Below, piece after piece: positions 21,578 to 31,203 of a DNA stretch of 64,000 nucleotides. Location: contig OZ242318.1 in the NCBI GenBank assembly GCA_965208105.1, forward strand, positions 4,736,001-4,800,000, given 5' to 3'. Made by a program: the position numbers and the translations under genes. The stretch comes from Candidatus Latescibacterota bacterium (GTDB lineage Bacteria; Latescibacterota; UBA2968; UBA8231). Positions within the stretch are counted from its first letter, which is position 1, and each line of letters opens with the position of its first letter. Below the pieces are notes generated by a model. The model saw only the letters and a list, made by a program, of their open reading frames with translations. It did no database searches and was not told where the DNA came from.

Positions 21578-21988
21578 ATGCTAATGCCCAAGAAGGTCAA
21601 GTGGAGAAAGCAATCTCGCGGACGTCTGCGCGGCAATACGAAGGGGGGGGAGATGGTCTCCTTCGGCGAATATGGGCTGAAAGCTCTGGAGCCCGGTTGG
21701 ATAACCAGCAATCAAATTGAAGCTGCCCGCATTGCGGTCAGCCGTTTTATAAGCCGTACAGGGAAATTCTGGATCAGGATTTTTCCAGACAAGCCCATTA
21801 CAAAAAAGCCGGCCGAGACCCGGATGGGGAAGGGGAAAGGTGCCCCGGAGGGCTGGGTGGCGGTCGTCAAGCCTGGACGGGTCATGTTCGAACTTTCCGG
21901 GGTTGATGCAGAGGTGGCTAAGCAAGCTTTCCGCCGGGCAGGGCATAAATTGCCGATTAAAACCAAGTTCGTCGAACGGGTTGGATGA
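21578..21988 (+). CDS. rplP: 50S ribosomal protein L16
   Basis: [22 protein letters not shown]. Confidence 0.99.
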   Translation: MLMPKKVKWRKQSRGRLRGNTKGGEMVSFGEYGLKALEPGWITSNQIEAARIAVSRFISRTGKFWIRIFPDKPITKKPAETRMGKGKGAPEGWVAVVKPGRVMFELSGVDAEVAKQAFRRAGHKLPIKTKFVERVG

Positions 21989-21990
21989 TC

Positions 21991-22209
21991 ATGAAGGCCG
22001 CCGACATAAGGGAACTGAGCCTCGAAGAGGTGAATGCCAGGCTGGAAGACCTCCTGGAGGAAAGCTTCAACCTGCGTTTTCAGCATGCATCGGGCCAGGT
22101 TGCCAGTCCCATCCGGCTGCGTCAAGTTCGCCGCGAAATCGCGTGCGTCCACACGGTTCTCAGAGAACACGAACTGGGTCTCAGGGCCCTGGCGGCAGGG
22201 AAAGAATAA
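21991..22209 (+). CDS. rpmC: 50S ribosomal protein L29
   Basis: FNLRFQHASGQ, VRREIA; synteny. Confidence 0.95.
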   Translation: MKAADIRELSLEEVNARLEDLLEESFNLRFQHASGQVASPIRLRQVRREIACVHTVLREHELGLRALAAGKE

Positions 22210-22213
22210 AATC

Positions 22214-22465
22214 ATGGCAAACGCACCAAGGACAGGCCGCCGTACCACCGAGGGAAGAGTTGTCGGGGCCAATAGCTCAAAAACGCGGGCAGTCGTAGTC
22301 GAAAAAATGATTACACACAGCCTGTATGGTCGAATTCTCAGGCGTTCGAGAAAGTACGCGGTCCATGACGAGAAGGAGATGTCGAAGGTAGGCGATCTAG
22401 TGCGTATTCAAGAATGTCGTCCCTTGAGTAAAACCAAGAAATGGCGCGTGGTCGAGGTTTTGTAG
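22214..22465 (+). CDS. rpsQ: 30S ribosomal protein S17
   Basis: GRVV, HDE, GDLVRIQECRPLSKTKKW. Confidence 0.96.
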   Translation: MANAPRTGRRTTEGRVVGANSSKTRAVVVEKMITHSLYGRILRRSRKYAVHDEKEMSKVGDLVRIQECRPLSKTKKWRVVEVL

Positions 22466-22489
22466 TTCGATCTGAAGTCGGGCAAGGAT

Positions 22490-22858
22490 ATGATACAGGA
22501 ATACACAGTGGTAAAAATGGCTGACAATGCCGGGGCGCGCCGTGCGCGCTGTATTCGTGTCCTTGGAGGTTCGAAGAAGCGCTACGCAACCGTCGGTGAT
22601 TTGATCGTTGTAGCCGTTCACGACGTTCTGCCCAACGGACCTTTGAAGGAAGGAGAGGTTGCCCGGGCGGTGATCGTCCGTACGAAAAAGGAGTACCGGC
22701 GTTCCGACGGGTCCTACATCCGTTTTGATGAAAATGCCGCCGTGCTTGTCAATGAGGACAAAGAACCTCGAGGAACCCGCATCTTTGGCCCGGTAGCCAG
22801 AGAGTTGCGCGATAGGCAATTCATGCGCATCATCTCTCTAGCTCCCGAAGTAGTGTAG
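22490..22858 (+). CDS. rplN: 50S ribosomal protein L14
   Basis: [26 protein letters not shown]. Confidence 0.99.
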   Translation: MIQEYTVVKMADNAGARRARCIRVLGGSKKRYATVGDLIVVAVHDVLPNGPLKEGEVARAVIVRTKKEYRRSDGSYIRFDENAAVLVNEDKEPRGTRIFGPVARELRDRQFMRIISLAPEVV

Positions 22859-22883
22859 GCCTTGCCGAATCCGGAGGGTGGAG

Positions 22884-23198
22884 ATGAACATTAGAAAAGG
22901 CGACACAGTTCAAATCATCAGTGGGAACGACAAGGGGAAGCGCGGCAGGGTCCTGAGTGTTGTGAGGGACAAAGATCGGGTCATTGTTGAGGGCATACGC
23001 ATGATGAAGCGCCACCTTCGTCCCACCCGGCAGAATCCCCAGGGGGGAATCATTGAACGGGAAGCATCGATCCACGTGTCGAATCTCATGCTGGTTTGTC
23101 CAAATACAGACAGGCCTACTCGGATTCGCAAGAGGGAGTTGGACGATGGCAAGCACGTGAGAATATCGGCAAGAAGTGGAGAAATGATCGATTCTTAG
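22884..23198 (+). CDS. rplX: 50S ribosomal protein L24
   Basis: [25 protein letters not shown]. Confidence 0.97.
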   Translation: MNIRKGDTVQIISGNDKGKRGRVLSVVRDKDRVIVEGIRMMKRHLRPTRQNPQGGIIEREASIHVSNLMLVCPNTDRPTRIRKRELDDGKHVRISARSGEMIDS

Positions 23199-23210
23199 GC
23201 AGTGAATCAT

Positions 23211-23753
23211 ATGAAAGCCAGTTTGTACGATCGATATATAAGTGAAATAGTACCTGCCATGTCCGAGCGGTTTGGCTACAAGAATAATATGCAGGTGCCA
23301 AGAATCGAGAAGATCGTCGTCAACATGGGGGTTGGTAGAGCTGCGCAGGACTCCAGGCTGATCGATGGCGCTCTAGCCGACCTGACGGCCATAACGGGAC
23401 AAAAGCCGAGTATCCGTCGATCCAAGAAGGCCATTTCAAACTTCAAATTAAGGCAGGGGATGGCTATCGGGTGCACGGTCACTCTGCGTCGAATTAGAAT
23501 GTATGAGTTTCTCCAGCGGTTGATTGAGTTCGCCCTGCCGCAGGTGCGCGATTTTCGCGGTCTTTCCGAAAATAGTTTCGATGGACGGGGAAATTTTAGT
23601 TTGGGAATAAGAGAGCAAATTATCTTCCCGGAAATCGACTACGACAGCATCGATCAGGACCGCGGAATGGATATCACGATTGTGACTTCCGCCAATACTG
23701 ATGAGGAGAGCAAGGAATTGCTCAATCTCATGGGAGTGCCCTTCGCCAAATAA
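23211..23753 (+). CDS. rplE: 50S ribosomal protein L5
   Basis: [31 protein letters not shown]. Confidence 0.98.
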   Translation: MKASLYDRYISEIVPAMSERFGYKNNMQVPRIEKIVVNMGVGRAAQDSRLIDGALADLTAITGQKPSIRRSKKAISNFKLRQGMAIGCTVTLRRIRMYEFLQRLIEFALPQVRDFRGLSENSFDGRGNFSLGIREQIIFPEIDYDSIDQDRGMDITIVTSANTDEESKELLNLMGVPFAK

Positions 23754-23767
23754 TTGGAGGACCAGAG

Positions 23768-23953
23768 ATGGCCAGAAAGAGTTTATTGGTCAAAACCGCT
23801 AGAGATCCCAAATTTCGGGTGCGCAAATATACCCGATGCTACCGGTGTGGCAGGACCCGTGCCGTCTATAGAAAATTCAACCTTTGCCGGATATGTTTTC
23901 GCGAACTCGCCCTCCAGGGGGAGATTCCCGGTGTAACCAAGGCAAGTTGGTAA
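23768..23953 (+). CDS. rpsN: 30S ribosomal protein S14, type Z (zinc-binding)
   Basis: 61 aa, RCYRCGR...[15 protein letters not shown]. Confidence 0.97.
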   Translation: MARKSLLVKTARDPKFRVRKYTRCYRCGRTRAVYRKFNLCRICFRELALQGEIPGVTKASW

Positions 23954-23969
23954 GGTTGGGAGAACGACC

Positions 23970-24368
23970 ATGAGCATGACCGATCCCATCGCAGACATGC
24001 TGACGCGCATTCGCAATGCTTGCCACGCCCGCCACAAACGTGTCGACGTTCCCGCCTCGAACCTGAAGCGGGAGCTGGCACGAGTTTTGGCAGAAAACCG
24101 CTTCATAGACAATTTCGCGTATATTCAGGACGATAATCAGGGAAAATTGCGCTTGTATTTGCGCTACGACGAGTCAAATGGGAACATCATTCAAGGACTT
24201 CAGCGAATCAGCCGGCCTGGTTTGAGAAAGTACACACCAAAGGACCGGATACCGAGAGTCCTGAATGGACTGGGGATTGCGATCATTTCCACTTCGAAAG
24301 GGGTTTTGACGGATCGCCAGGCCAGAAGGGCTGGCGTTGGCGGGGAGGTTCTTTGCAAGGTCTGGTAA
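23970..24368 (+). CDS. rpsH: 30S ribosomal protein S8
   Basis: DPIADMLTRIRN, SRPGLR, STSKG, GGEVLC. Confidence 0.99.
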   Translation: MSMTDPIADMLTRIRNACHARHKRVDVPASNLKRELARVLAENRFIDNFAYIQDDNQGKLRLYLRYDESNGNIIQGLQRISRPGLRKYTPKDRIPRVLNGLGIAIISTSKGVLTDRQARRAGVGGEVLCKVW

Positions 24369-24396
24369 CCTTCCACATCAGCCGGGAGATTTTTTT

Positions 24397-24953
24397 GTGT
24401 CACGCGTAGGAATTCAGCCTATACCCCTTCCCAGAGGAGTTGACATTGTAGTAAATGCCAATGATGTCATCGTGAAGGGAACAAGGGAGACCTCCAGGTA
24501 GCCTTTGACCCTGACCACGTCGAAGTGCAGGTCGAAAGTGAATCCATTCAGGTAGGGAGAAAATCGGAGCAGAAAACTACCCGGTCCCTGCATGGACTGA
24601 TCCGGTCCCTCATAGCCAATGCCGTTGTTGGAGTCACCGAAGGATTTTCAAAAAGGCTTGACGTATATGGGGTTGGCTATCGGGTCAATCTCCAGGGAAG
24701 GCGCTTGACCATGGATATAGGCTATTCGCATCCGGTGGTCTACGAAGCCCCCGAGGGGATCGAACTGGCCACTGAAGATCCACAGGGGGGCGCCCAGGCC
24801 CGTATCGTTGTTAAGGGTACTGATAAACAAAAGGTGGGGCAGGCGGCAGCCGATATTCGCTTCAAGCGCAAGCCCGAACCTTACAAGGGCAAGGGAATTC
24901 GCTACGAGAACGAAGTAATTCATTTTAAAGCTGGAAAAACAGCGGTGACCTAG
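24397..24953 (+). CDS. rplF: 50S ribosomal protein L6, interrupted by an apparent 1-nt deletion near 24480
   Basis: GTG start gives MSRVGIQPIPLP..VIVKG and then stops at 24499-24501; the -1 frame continues NKGDLQ..GVGYR..PEPYKGKGIRY. Confidence 0.9.
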
Positions 24954-24954
24954 G

Positions 24955-25326
24955 ATGGCGCTTAGAAACCAGATAAAAAAAAATTTGCAGCGCAAGCGCC
25001 GCCGCCGGCGGATCCGCAAGCGTTTAGTGGGAACACTGGAAAGGCCCAGGCTCGTCGTCTATCGGAGCCTGCGCAATATCGAGGCACAGATTATCGACGA
25101 CATGGCGGGCCATTCACTGGCTGGGCTTTCCACCCTTTCCAGGGAACTTGACAAAAGCAAATTTGACAATCGGATTGAACAGGGGAAAGAAATCGGCAAG
25201 CTTTTGGCGCACAAAGCGCGAGAGCAGGGAATCGAGCAGGTGCTTTTTGATCGTGGAGGGTTTTCATATCATGGTATCGTCAAGGCCGTGGCAGATGGAG
25301 CTCGCGAAGGTGGTTTGCAGTTCTAG
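24955..25326 (+). CDS. rplR: 50S ribosomal protein L18
   Basis: RPRLVVYRS, AQIIDD, FDRGG..YHG, AREGGLQF. Confidence 0.98.
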   Translation: MALRNQIKKNLQRKRRRRRIRKRLVGTLERPRLVVYRSLRNIEAQIIDDMAGHSLAGLSTLSRELDKSKFDNRIEQGKEIGKLLAHKAREQGIEQVLFDRGGFSYHGIVKAVADGAREGGLQF

Positions 25327-25345
25327 AAGGCGGCTGGGGTAAGAA

Positions 25346-25846
25346 ATGATTGATCCGAATAGCCTTGAACTGAGCGAAGTCGTAGTGCAAAACAGCATCA
25401 AACGGGTTTCCCATGTGCGCAAGGGTGGCCGCCGTTTCAGCTTTAACGCCCTCGTCGTAGTGGGGGATCGAAACGGTCATGTGGGAATCGGGACGGGAAA
25501 GGCTGGGGAAATTTCCGAGGCAATTCGGAAAGGTACTGAGACTGCCAAAAAGAACATCGTTGAGGTCCCGGTAGTCAATGGAACGATCCCCCATGAGATG
25601 ATTGGAAGATTCAGTGCTGCCAGGGTGCTGCTCAAACCGGCTGCTCCTGGAACGGGTGTCATAGCCAGCGGAGGTGTGCGAATTGTGCTCGAGCTGGCCG
25701 GACTTCACGATATTTTAACCAAATCCCTGGGTTCCAACAGTACCCAGAATACCGTCAAGGCGACCATTATGGCTCTGTCCCAGATGCGGGATGCGGAAAC
25801 CGTTGCCAGGATTCGTGGTGTTGAGCCCGAATCTTTGCGCGGGTGA
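25346..25846 (+). CDS. rpsE: 30S ribosomal protein S5
   Basis: [26 protein letters not shown]. Confidence 0.98.
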   Translation: MIDPNSLELSEVVVQNSIKRVSHVRKGGRRFSFNALVVVGDRNGHVGIGTGKAGEISEAIRKGTETAKKNIVEVPVVNGTIPHEMIGRFSAARVLLKPAAPGTGVIASGGVRIVLELAGLHDILTKSLGSNSTQNTVKATIMALSQMRDAETVARIRGVEPESLRG

Positions 25847-25865
25847 GCAGTGGGAGAAGGTTGTG

Positions 25866-26048
25866 ATGAAATTGTCAGTGGTTCAACGCAGGAGCGGCAT
25901 CGGCAGGGGCCGTGGTCAAAAGGCGACCATAAGGGCTCTTGGAATCAAGCGGCTGCATCAGAAGGTCGTTCATCGTGATTCACCTCAAATACGGGGCATG
26001 ATCCGGAAAGTTGAGCATTTGGTCGAGGTCGAGGAGGTCGAAGAATAG
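25866..26048 (+). CDS. rpmD: 50S ribosomal protein L30
   Basis: RSGIGR, TIRALG, IRGMIRKVEHLV. Confidence 0.95.
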   Translation: MKLSVVQRRSGIGRGRGQKATIRALGIKRLHQKVVHRDSPQIRGMIRKVEHLVEVEEVEE

Positions 26049-26056
26049 GGGGATAT

Positions 26057-26506
26057 ATGCAGCTCGGAAAAATCAAATGTCCTCCCGGGTCACGGAAAAA
26101 ACCCAAACGCCTGGGGCAGGGGGTTGGCTCGGGAAAAGGGAAGACCTCCGGAAAGGGACATAAAGGGCAGAGGTCCAGGTCAGGTGCCAAACGGGGCCGG
26201 CGGATCGATTTTGAGGGAGGGCAAAATCCCATGCATCGCCGTCTTCCCAAGATTGGTTTCTCCAACCAGATATTCAGGAAAACCTACCAGATAGTCAATC
26301 TGGCCTCCATCGACGCCCGCGGATTGGAAGGTGAGGTCGGTCCGGAGGAGCTGGTGAGTGCCGGGCTTGTAAAAAAGAAGTCGGTGCCGATTAAAATTCT
26401 GGGGAACGGCGACTTGCATCGAAAAATTTCTATAAAAGCCCACAAATTCTCCCGTGCTGCCAGGGAAAAAATAGACCAGGCCGGCGGAAAAGTAGAGGTA
26501 ATCTGA
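26057..26506 (+). CDS. rplO: 50S ribosomal protein L15
   Basis: GSGKGKTSGKGHKGQ, FEGGQ.P, RLPKIGF, KILGNG. Confidence 0.98.
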   Translation: MQLGKIKCPPGSRKKPKRLGQGVGSGKGKTSGKGHKGQRSRSGAKRGRRIDFEGGQNPMHRRLPKIGFSNQIFRKTYQIVNLASIDARGLEGEVGPEELVSAGLVKKKSVPIKILGNGDLHRKISIKAHKFSRAAREKIDQAGGKVEVI

Positions 26507-26507
26507 A

Positions 26508-27845
26508 GTGCTTCGGGGTTTTCAAAACTGTTTAAAGATTCCCGATTTGCGACGGCGCATCATCTTCTCGGTCTCTTTGCTGGTCGTCTATCGAATAGGC
26601 GGACAGGTTACCGCGCCTGGAATTGACGTGCAAGTGCTCCAGGAGTTTTTTGCAGGTGCCGGCAATACGCTATTCGGGCTCTATGACATGTTTGTTGGAG
26701 GGGCCTTTACCCGGGGAACCATCTTCGCCCTGGGTATCATGCCCTACATCAGTGCCTCCATCATTCTGCAGCTGCTGGGAGCTGTGATCCCCCACTTCCA
26801 GAAGTTACAACGCGAAGGGGAGGAGGGAAGAAAAAAGATAACCCAGTACACGCGCTATGGAACGGTGGTGCTGGCTGCCGGTCAAGCCTTTGGCGTGAGT
26901 TTCTTCCTCGAAGGCATAAGGGGTCCCGACTCGGGTCTGCCGGCCGTACCCGATCCGGGCTTGGGATTCATGCTCTCTACCGTGCTCACCATTACCACCG
27001 GGACCGTTTTTATCATGTGGTTGGGAGAGCAGATTACCGAACACGGAATCGGCAACGGAATTTCGCTTATCATCTTTATCGGAATCGTGGCCGAGCTGCC
27101 CTTGGCCATCAAGAGCGAGTGGTCCCACTATCTGGTCAACCGCGGGAGCGGTAAGAACCTCATCGAGGAACTGTTCCTGATCGCGCTGATGTTTGCCATC
27201 GTGGCTTTTGTAATTCTGTTGACCCAGGGACTGCGCAAGATTCCGGTTCAATACGCCAAGCGAGTAGTCGGACGCAGGGTCTACGGTGGCCAGACGACCC
27301 ATATCCCCCTTAGAATCAATACCGCCGGCGTGATTCCGATCATCTTTGCTCAGTCAATCATGTTTCTGCCCGGGACGATGACCCAGATGTTTCCTGGCAG
27401 CCAGGTCATGGAGGCGGTGGGCGGGTTCTTCTCGACCGAGTCTCTTTTTTACTGGTTCGTTTACGGTCTCATGATAATTTTCTTCGCTTATTTTTATACA
27501 GCCATCGTGATGGACCCGAATCAGTTGTCGGACAATATGAAGAAGCATGGCGGCTTTATTCCCGGAGTCAGGCCAGGGAAGAGGACCACGGAGCACATCG
27601 ATCGAATAATGACGCGCATAACCCTGCCGGGGTCCATAGCCCTTGCTGCAGTTGCAATTTTCCCATTTTTCATCACTCGTCAGTTCAACGTAACTCCCTC
27701 TTTTGCCCAGTTCTTTGGCGGTACCGGTTTGTTGATCATCGTCGGCGTAGCCCTCGATACCTTGCAGCAAGTCGAGTCGCAGTTGATGACCCGTCATTAC
27801 GAAGGTTTTATGAAGAGAGGCAAAATCCAAGGACGACGAGGATAA
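26508..27845 (+). CDS. secY: Preprotein translocase subunit SecY (GTG start)
   Basis: [36 protein letters not shown]. Confidence 0.99.
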   Translation: MLRGFQNCLKIPDLRRRIIFSVSLLVVYRIGGQVTAPGIDVQVLQEFFAGAGNTLFGLYDMFVGGAFTRGTIFALGIMPYISASIILQLLGAVIPHFQKLQREGEEGRKKITQYTRYGTVVLAAGQAFGVSFFLEGIRGPDSGLPAVPDPGLGFMLSTVLTITTGTVFIMWLGEQITEHGIGNGISLIIFIGIVAELPLAIKSEWSHYLVNRGSGKNLIEELFLIALMFAIVAFVILLTQGLRKIPVQYAKRVVGRRVYGGQTTHIPLRINTAGVIPIIFAQSIMFLPGTMTQMFPGSQVMEAVGGFFSTESLFYWFVYGLMIIFFAYFYTAIVMDPNQLSDNMKKHGGFIPGVRPGKRTTEHIDRIMTRITLPGSIALAAVAIFPFFITRQFNVTPSFAQFFGGTGLLIIVGVALDTLQQVESQLMTRHYEGFMKRGKIQGRRG

Positions 27846-27870
27846 AATTCTCTCTGGTTGTGAGTCCGAA

Positions 27871-28023
27871 ATGAAAGTCAAGCCTTCGGTAGGAAAACGT
27901 TGCAACGAGTGTAAAATCGTCCGTCGCCATGGCGTCGTGAAGGTGATCTGCAGTCGCAACCCGAAACACAAGCAGAGACAGGGCGCCGGCGCCCGGACCA
28001 GCGGGAGGGTCAAGAAGGGATGA
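27871..28023 (+). CDS. rpmJ: 50S ribosomal protein L36 with a 12-aa C-terminal extension
   Basis: Hand translation [50 protein letters not shown]. Confidence 0.93.
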   Translation: MKVKPSVGKRCNECKIVRRHGVVKVICSRNPKHKQRQGAGARTSGRVKKG

Positions 28024-28055
28024 ATCACGGTCCAAACTTTCGAGAGAGGTAGCAA

Positions 28056-28439
28056 TTGGCACGCATAGCAGGAGTAGATTTGCCCCGCGACAAAAGAATT
28101 GGAGTTGGCCTCACCTACATCTACGGCATTGGCCGGAGTTTGGCGACCAAGATCCTTGAGCAGACGGGGGTGGATTTTGATACCCGGGTCAACGCCCTGA
28201 CTGAAGGTCAGGTCAACCAGCTCCGAGGCATAATCGAGAACAGTTACAAGATTGAAGGAAGCCTGCGGGGAGAGGTGAATATGAGCATCAAGCGCCTGAT
28301 GGATGTCGGCTGCTACAGGGGACTGCGGCATCGTCGAGGGTTGCCCGCCCGCGGTCAACGCACCAAGACCAATGCGCGCTGCCGCAAGGGACCGCGGCGT
28401 GCCATCGCCGGGAAGAAGAAGGCTCCTCAGCAGAAATAA
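28056..28439 (+). CDS. rpsM: 30S ribosomal protein S13 (TTG start)
   Basis: [25 protein letters not shown]. Confidence 0.98.
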   Translation: MARIAGVDLPRDKRIGVGLTYIYGIGRSLATKILEQTGVDFDTRVNALTEGQVNQLRGIIENSYKIEGSLRGEVNMSIKRLMDVGCYRGLRHRRGLPARGQRTKTNARCRKGPRRAIAGKKKAPQQK

Positions 28440-28480
28440 TCAATTTCCATCCCAATTACCTTCACACAAAGGGTATACAC

Positions 28481-28873
28481 TTGCCACCGGAAAAAGGACG
28501 CAGGAGACAGAAAAAGGCCAGGCAGGTAGAATCGGTAGGGGTTGCTCACATACTGGCCACATTCAACAACACCATCATCACCCTGACGGACCGCCAGGGA
28601 AACGTTATTTCCTGGGCAACTCCGGGGAAGATGGGGATTTCGGGAAGCCGCAAATCAACCCCTTTTGCCGGGCAGCTTGCGGCCGGCAAGGCGGCAGAGG
28701 AGGCGATGAACATGGGCCTGAGACGGGTCGAGGTCTGGGTAAAGGGACCAGGCGTGGGACGGGAGTCAGCCATCCGAGCACTGCAGGGGTCGGGTCTCGA
28801 GATCTCGGCGATTCGCGACGTCACCCCCATTCCCCATAACGGCTGCCGTCCACCCAAGCGTCGTCGGGTTTAG
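28481..28873 (+). CDS. rpsK: 30S ribosomal protein S11 (TTG start)
   Basis: [31 protein letters not shown]. Confidence 0.98.
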   Translation: MPPEKGRRRQKKARQVESVGVAHILATFNNTIITLTDRQGNVISWATPGKMGISGSRKSTPFAGQLAAGKAAEEAMNMGLRRVEVWVKGPGVGRESAIRALQGSGLEISAIRDVTPIPHNGCRPPKRRRV

Positions 28874-28887
28874 GGGAGGATAGTGGA

Positions 28888-29514
28888 ATGAGTAGATACG
28901 TCGGTCCCAACTGCCGGTTCTGTCGCCGAGAGGGAACGAAGCTGTTTCTCAAGGGTGAGCGCTGCAATCTGGAAAAATGCTCCTTCGAGCGACGCAGTTA
29001 CGCCCCCGGACAACACGGTCAGGGAATGAGGCGCAAGCAGTCGGATTTCAGTGTACAGCTCAGGGCGAAGCAGCAACTTGCCCGCCTCTATGGCATCCGT
29101 GAGGGACAATTTCGAAAATACTACAAGGAGGCGACAAGAATCCCCGGGGTTAGTGGTGAAAATCTACTCTGCCTGCTGGAGAGCCGCCTGGATAACATTC
29201 TTCACCGGCTCGGCTTTGCCCCATCCCGCAAGGCTGCGCGCCAGCTGGTGCGACATAATCACATTACGGTCAACGGGCGCAGGATAAATATTCCTTCCTA
29301 CATGACCAAACCAGGAGACGTGGTCAAGGTCGCTGAAAAAAGCCGCAGGCACGAAATGATTCACGAGTCTCTGAGGCGGACCAGAGAAATAGTTCCATGG
29401 CTGTCAGTGGACAAGATCAATCTCGAAGGAACCATTCTCGAGAGACCCAGCCGGGATGATATTCCCACGGTAGCCGAGGAACAACTGGTCATTGAATTTT
29501 ATTCGAGAGTGTAA
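28888..29514 (+). CDS. rpsD: 30S ribosomal protein S4
   Basis: CRFCRREG, PGQHG, LESRLDN, ARQLVRH, IEFYSR. Confidence 0.98.
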   Translation: MSRYVGPNCRFCRREGTKLFLKGERCNLEKCSFERRSYAPGQHGQGMRRKQSDFSVQLRAKQQLARLYGIREGQFRKYYKEATRIPGVSGENLLCLLESRLDNILHRLGFAPSRKAARQLVRHNHITVNGRRINIPSYMTKPGDVVKVAEKSRRHEMIHESLRRTREIVPWLSVDKINLEGTILERPSRDDIPTVAEEQLVIEFYSRV

Positions 29515-29568
29515 TCCCATTTCTCCTCTTGAGCATTTTCACCGGAACCACAGGGAGTTGGATTTTCT

Positions 29569-30585
29569 ATGAAATTTGAAGGTCTCCAGATGCCCAGGCT
29601 TATCGAAATCGATAAGGAAAGTCTCAGCGAGACTTATGGGAGATTTGTACTGCAACCGCTCGAGCGTGGATTCGGCACCACTTTAGGTCATGCTCTCAGG
29701 AGGGTTCTGCTCTCTGCCATCCAGGGAGTGGCGATCAAGCAAATAAGCATAGAGGGCGTTCAACACGAGTTCACGGTAGTGGAGGGGGTCTACGAGGACG
29801 TTCCTGAAATCGTACTCAACCTCAAAGAGGTGGCGTTGCGCTATCAGGGAGACGAAGACCGCGTATTGCATGTGGACTATTCCGGACCGGGCAAACTCCT
29901 GGCAAAGGATCTGGCAGTCGACTCCGGCGTGGAGATCATGAATCCGGATCTCCACATTGCCACCCTGGAAGAGGGGGCCAAGCTGACCCTGCAAATCACA
30001 GTGGGGCAGGGGCGTGGGTACCAGTTCGCCGAAGAGAACAAGACGTCAGATCAGCCCATCGGCGCCATCCCCCTTGATACCAACTACTCCCCCGTTCTCA
30101 AGGTGAATTACGATATAGAAAATGCCAGGGTTGGGCGCCGGACGGACTATGACAAGCTCACGATGGAAATCTGGACGGACGGGGCCGTTCATCCCGAGGA
30201 TGCTCTTGCCCAGGCTTCCAAGCTCCTCACCGAGCACCTGCGCCTCTTCATCAATTTTGAAGAAGAGCCGCCGGGGCAAGAGGAGAAAATGGTCGATGAA
30301 GAGACCAAGCGCATCGCAAAACTACTCATAACTTCGGTAGAAGAACTGGAGTTGTCCGTGCGTTCGGCGAACTGTCTGAGGGCGGCCGGAATCACCCGCC
30401 TGAAGCACCTGGTTTCCCTCTCTGAATCGGAGATGTTGAAATACCGGAATTTCGGCCGCAAGTCTCTCAATGAATTGAGCGAGATCTTGGAGTCGCTCAA
30501 CCTGAAGTGGGGCATGGACCTGAGTCCTTACGAGAATATAGAGGTGGACGAAGAGGCTCCGGACCCATTGGTAGAGGAGTATTGA
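29569..30585 (+). CDS. rpoA: RNA polymerase alpha subunit
   Basis: PLERGFGTTLG.ALRR.LLS, ELSVRSANCL, NFGRKSL. Confidence 0.99.
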   Translation: MKFEGLQMPRLIEIDKESLSETYGRFVLQPLERGFGTTLGHALRRVLLSAIQGVAIKQISIEGVQHEFTVVEGVYEDVPEIVLNLKEVALRYQGDEDRVLHVDYSGPGKLLAKDLAVDSGVEIMNPDLHIATLEEGAKLTLQITVGQGRGYQFAEENKTSDQPIGAIPLDTNYSPVLKVNYDIENARVGRRTDYDKLTMEIWTDGAVHPEDALAQASKLLTEHLRLFINFEEEPPGQEEKMVDEETKRIAKLLITSVEELELSVRSANCLRAAGITRLKHLVSLSESEMLKYRNFGRKSLNELSEILESLNLKWGMDLSPYENIEVDEEAPDPLVEEY

Positions 30586-30591
30586 CAGGCC

Positions 30592-31035
30592 ATGCGACAC
30601 GGCAGGAAAGTCGCCAAACTGGGGCGCTCACACAGCCATAGAAGATCGATGCTGGCAAATATGACCACATCCCTTCTCGAGAACGGCACCATCCGCACCA
30701 CTCATGCTAAAGCCAGGGAGTTGCGGGTTGTGGCCGAAAACATGATCACCTTTGCCAAGCGCGGCGATTTACATGCGCGGCGCGAGGTGTTGCGTCTTAT
30801 CGCAAATAAGCAGGTTGTTGCCAAACTCTTCGACGAGTTGGGGCCCCGTTACCAAGGCCGCAATGGAGGCTATACCCGCACCGTGAAGGCTGCCCCGCGC
30901 CTTGGAGATGGAGCTTTGATGTGCATTGTCGAGTTGGTCGATCGGCCGGAGGCGACGGCAGGAGAAGGGGAAGTAGAGGAGTCCGGGGCCGCTCAAAACA
31001 CAGAGGACGAGGGAGAAGAGAAGAACAAGGCCTGA
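30592..31035 (+). CDS. rplQ: 50S ribosomal protein L17
   Basis: MRHG..KLGR, IRTT.AKA, RNGGYTR. Confidence 0.98.
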   Translation: MRHGRKVAKLGRSHSHRRSMLANMTTSLLENGTIRTTHAKARELRVVAENMITFAKRGDLHARREVLRLIANKQVVAKLFDELGPRYQGRNGGYTRTVKAAPRLGDGALMCIVELVDRPEATAGEGEVEESGAAQNTEDEGEEKNKA

Positions 31036-31069
31036 AGCCTACGTTGCGCAGGGAATCTACCGGGGACGG

Positions 31070-31105
31070 CGAGGCAGGATCAAGTTATTCTTGCCTCGTT
31101 TTTTT
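31070..31105 (+). terminator. Rho-independent terminator of the ribosomal protein operon
   Basis: CGAGGCAGGAT/ATTCTTGCCTCG stem followed by a T7 tract. Confidence 0.85.
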
Positions 31106-31203
31106 ATGGAGCCAGGAGCAATGGAAGCGGGATCCAAAGGGGATCAGCAGGCCTTCAGTGGCCTGGAAATATTCCCGCTGGATGATTCACAAGGTGTGGT
31201 GCC

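Noticed and set aside
24397-24953. rplF as a true pseudogene
   Set aside because: Single lesion, both halves conserved, core ribosomal protein; a sequence error is far more likely.
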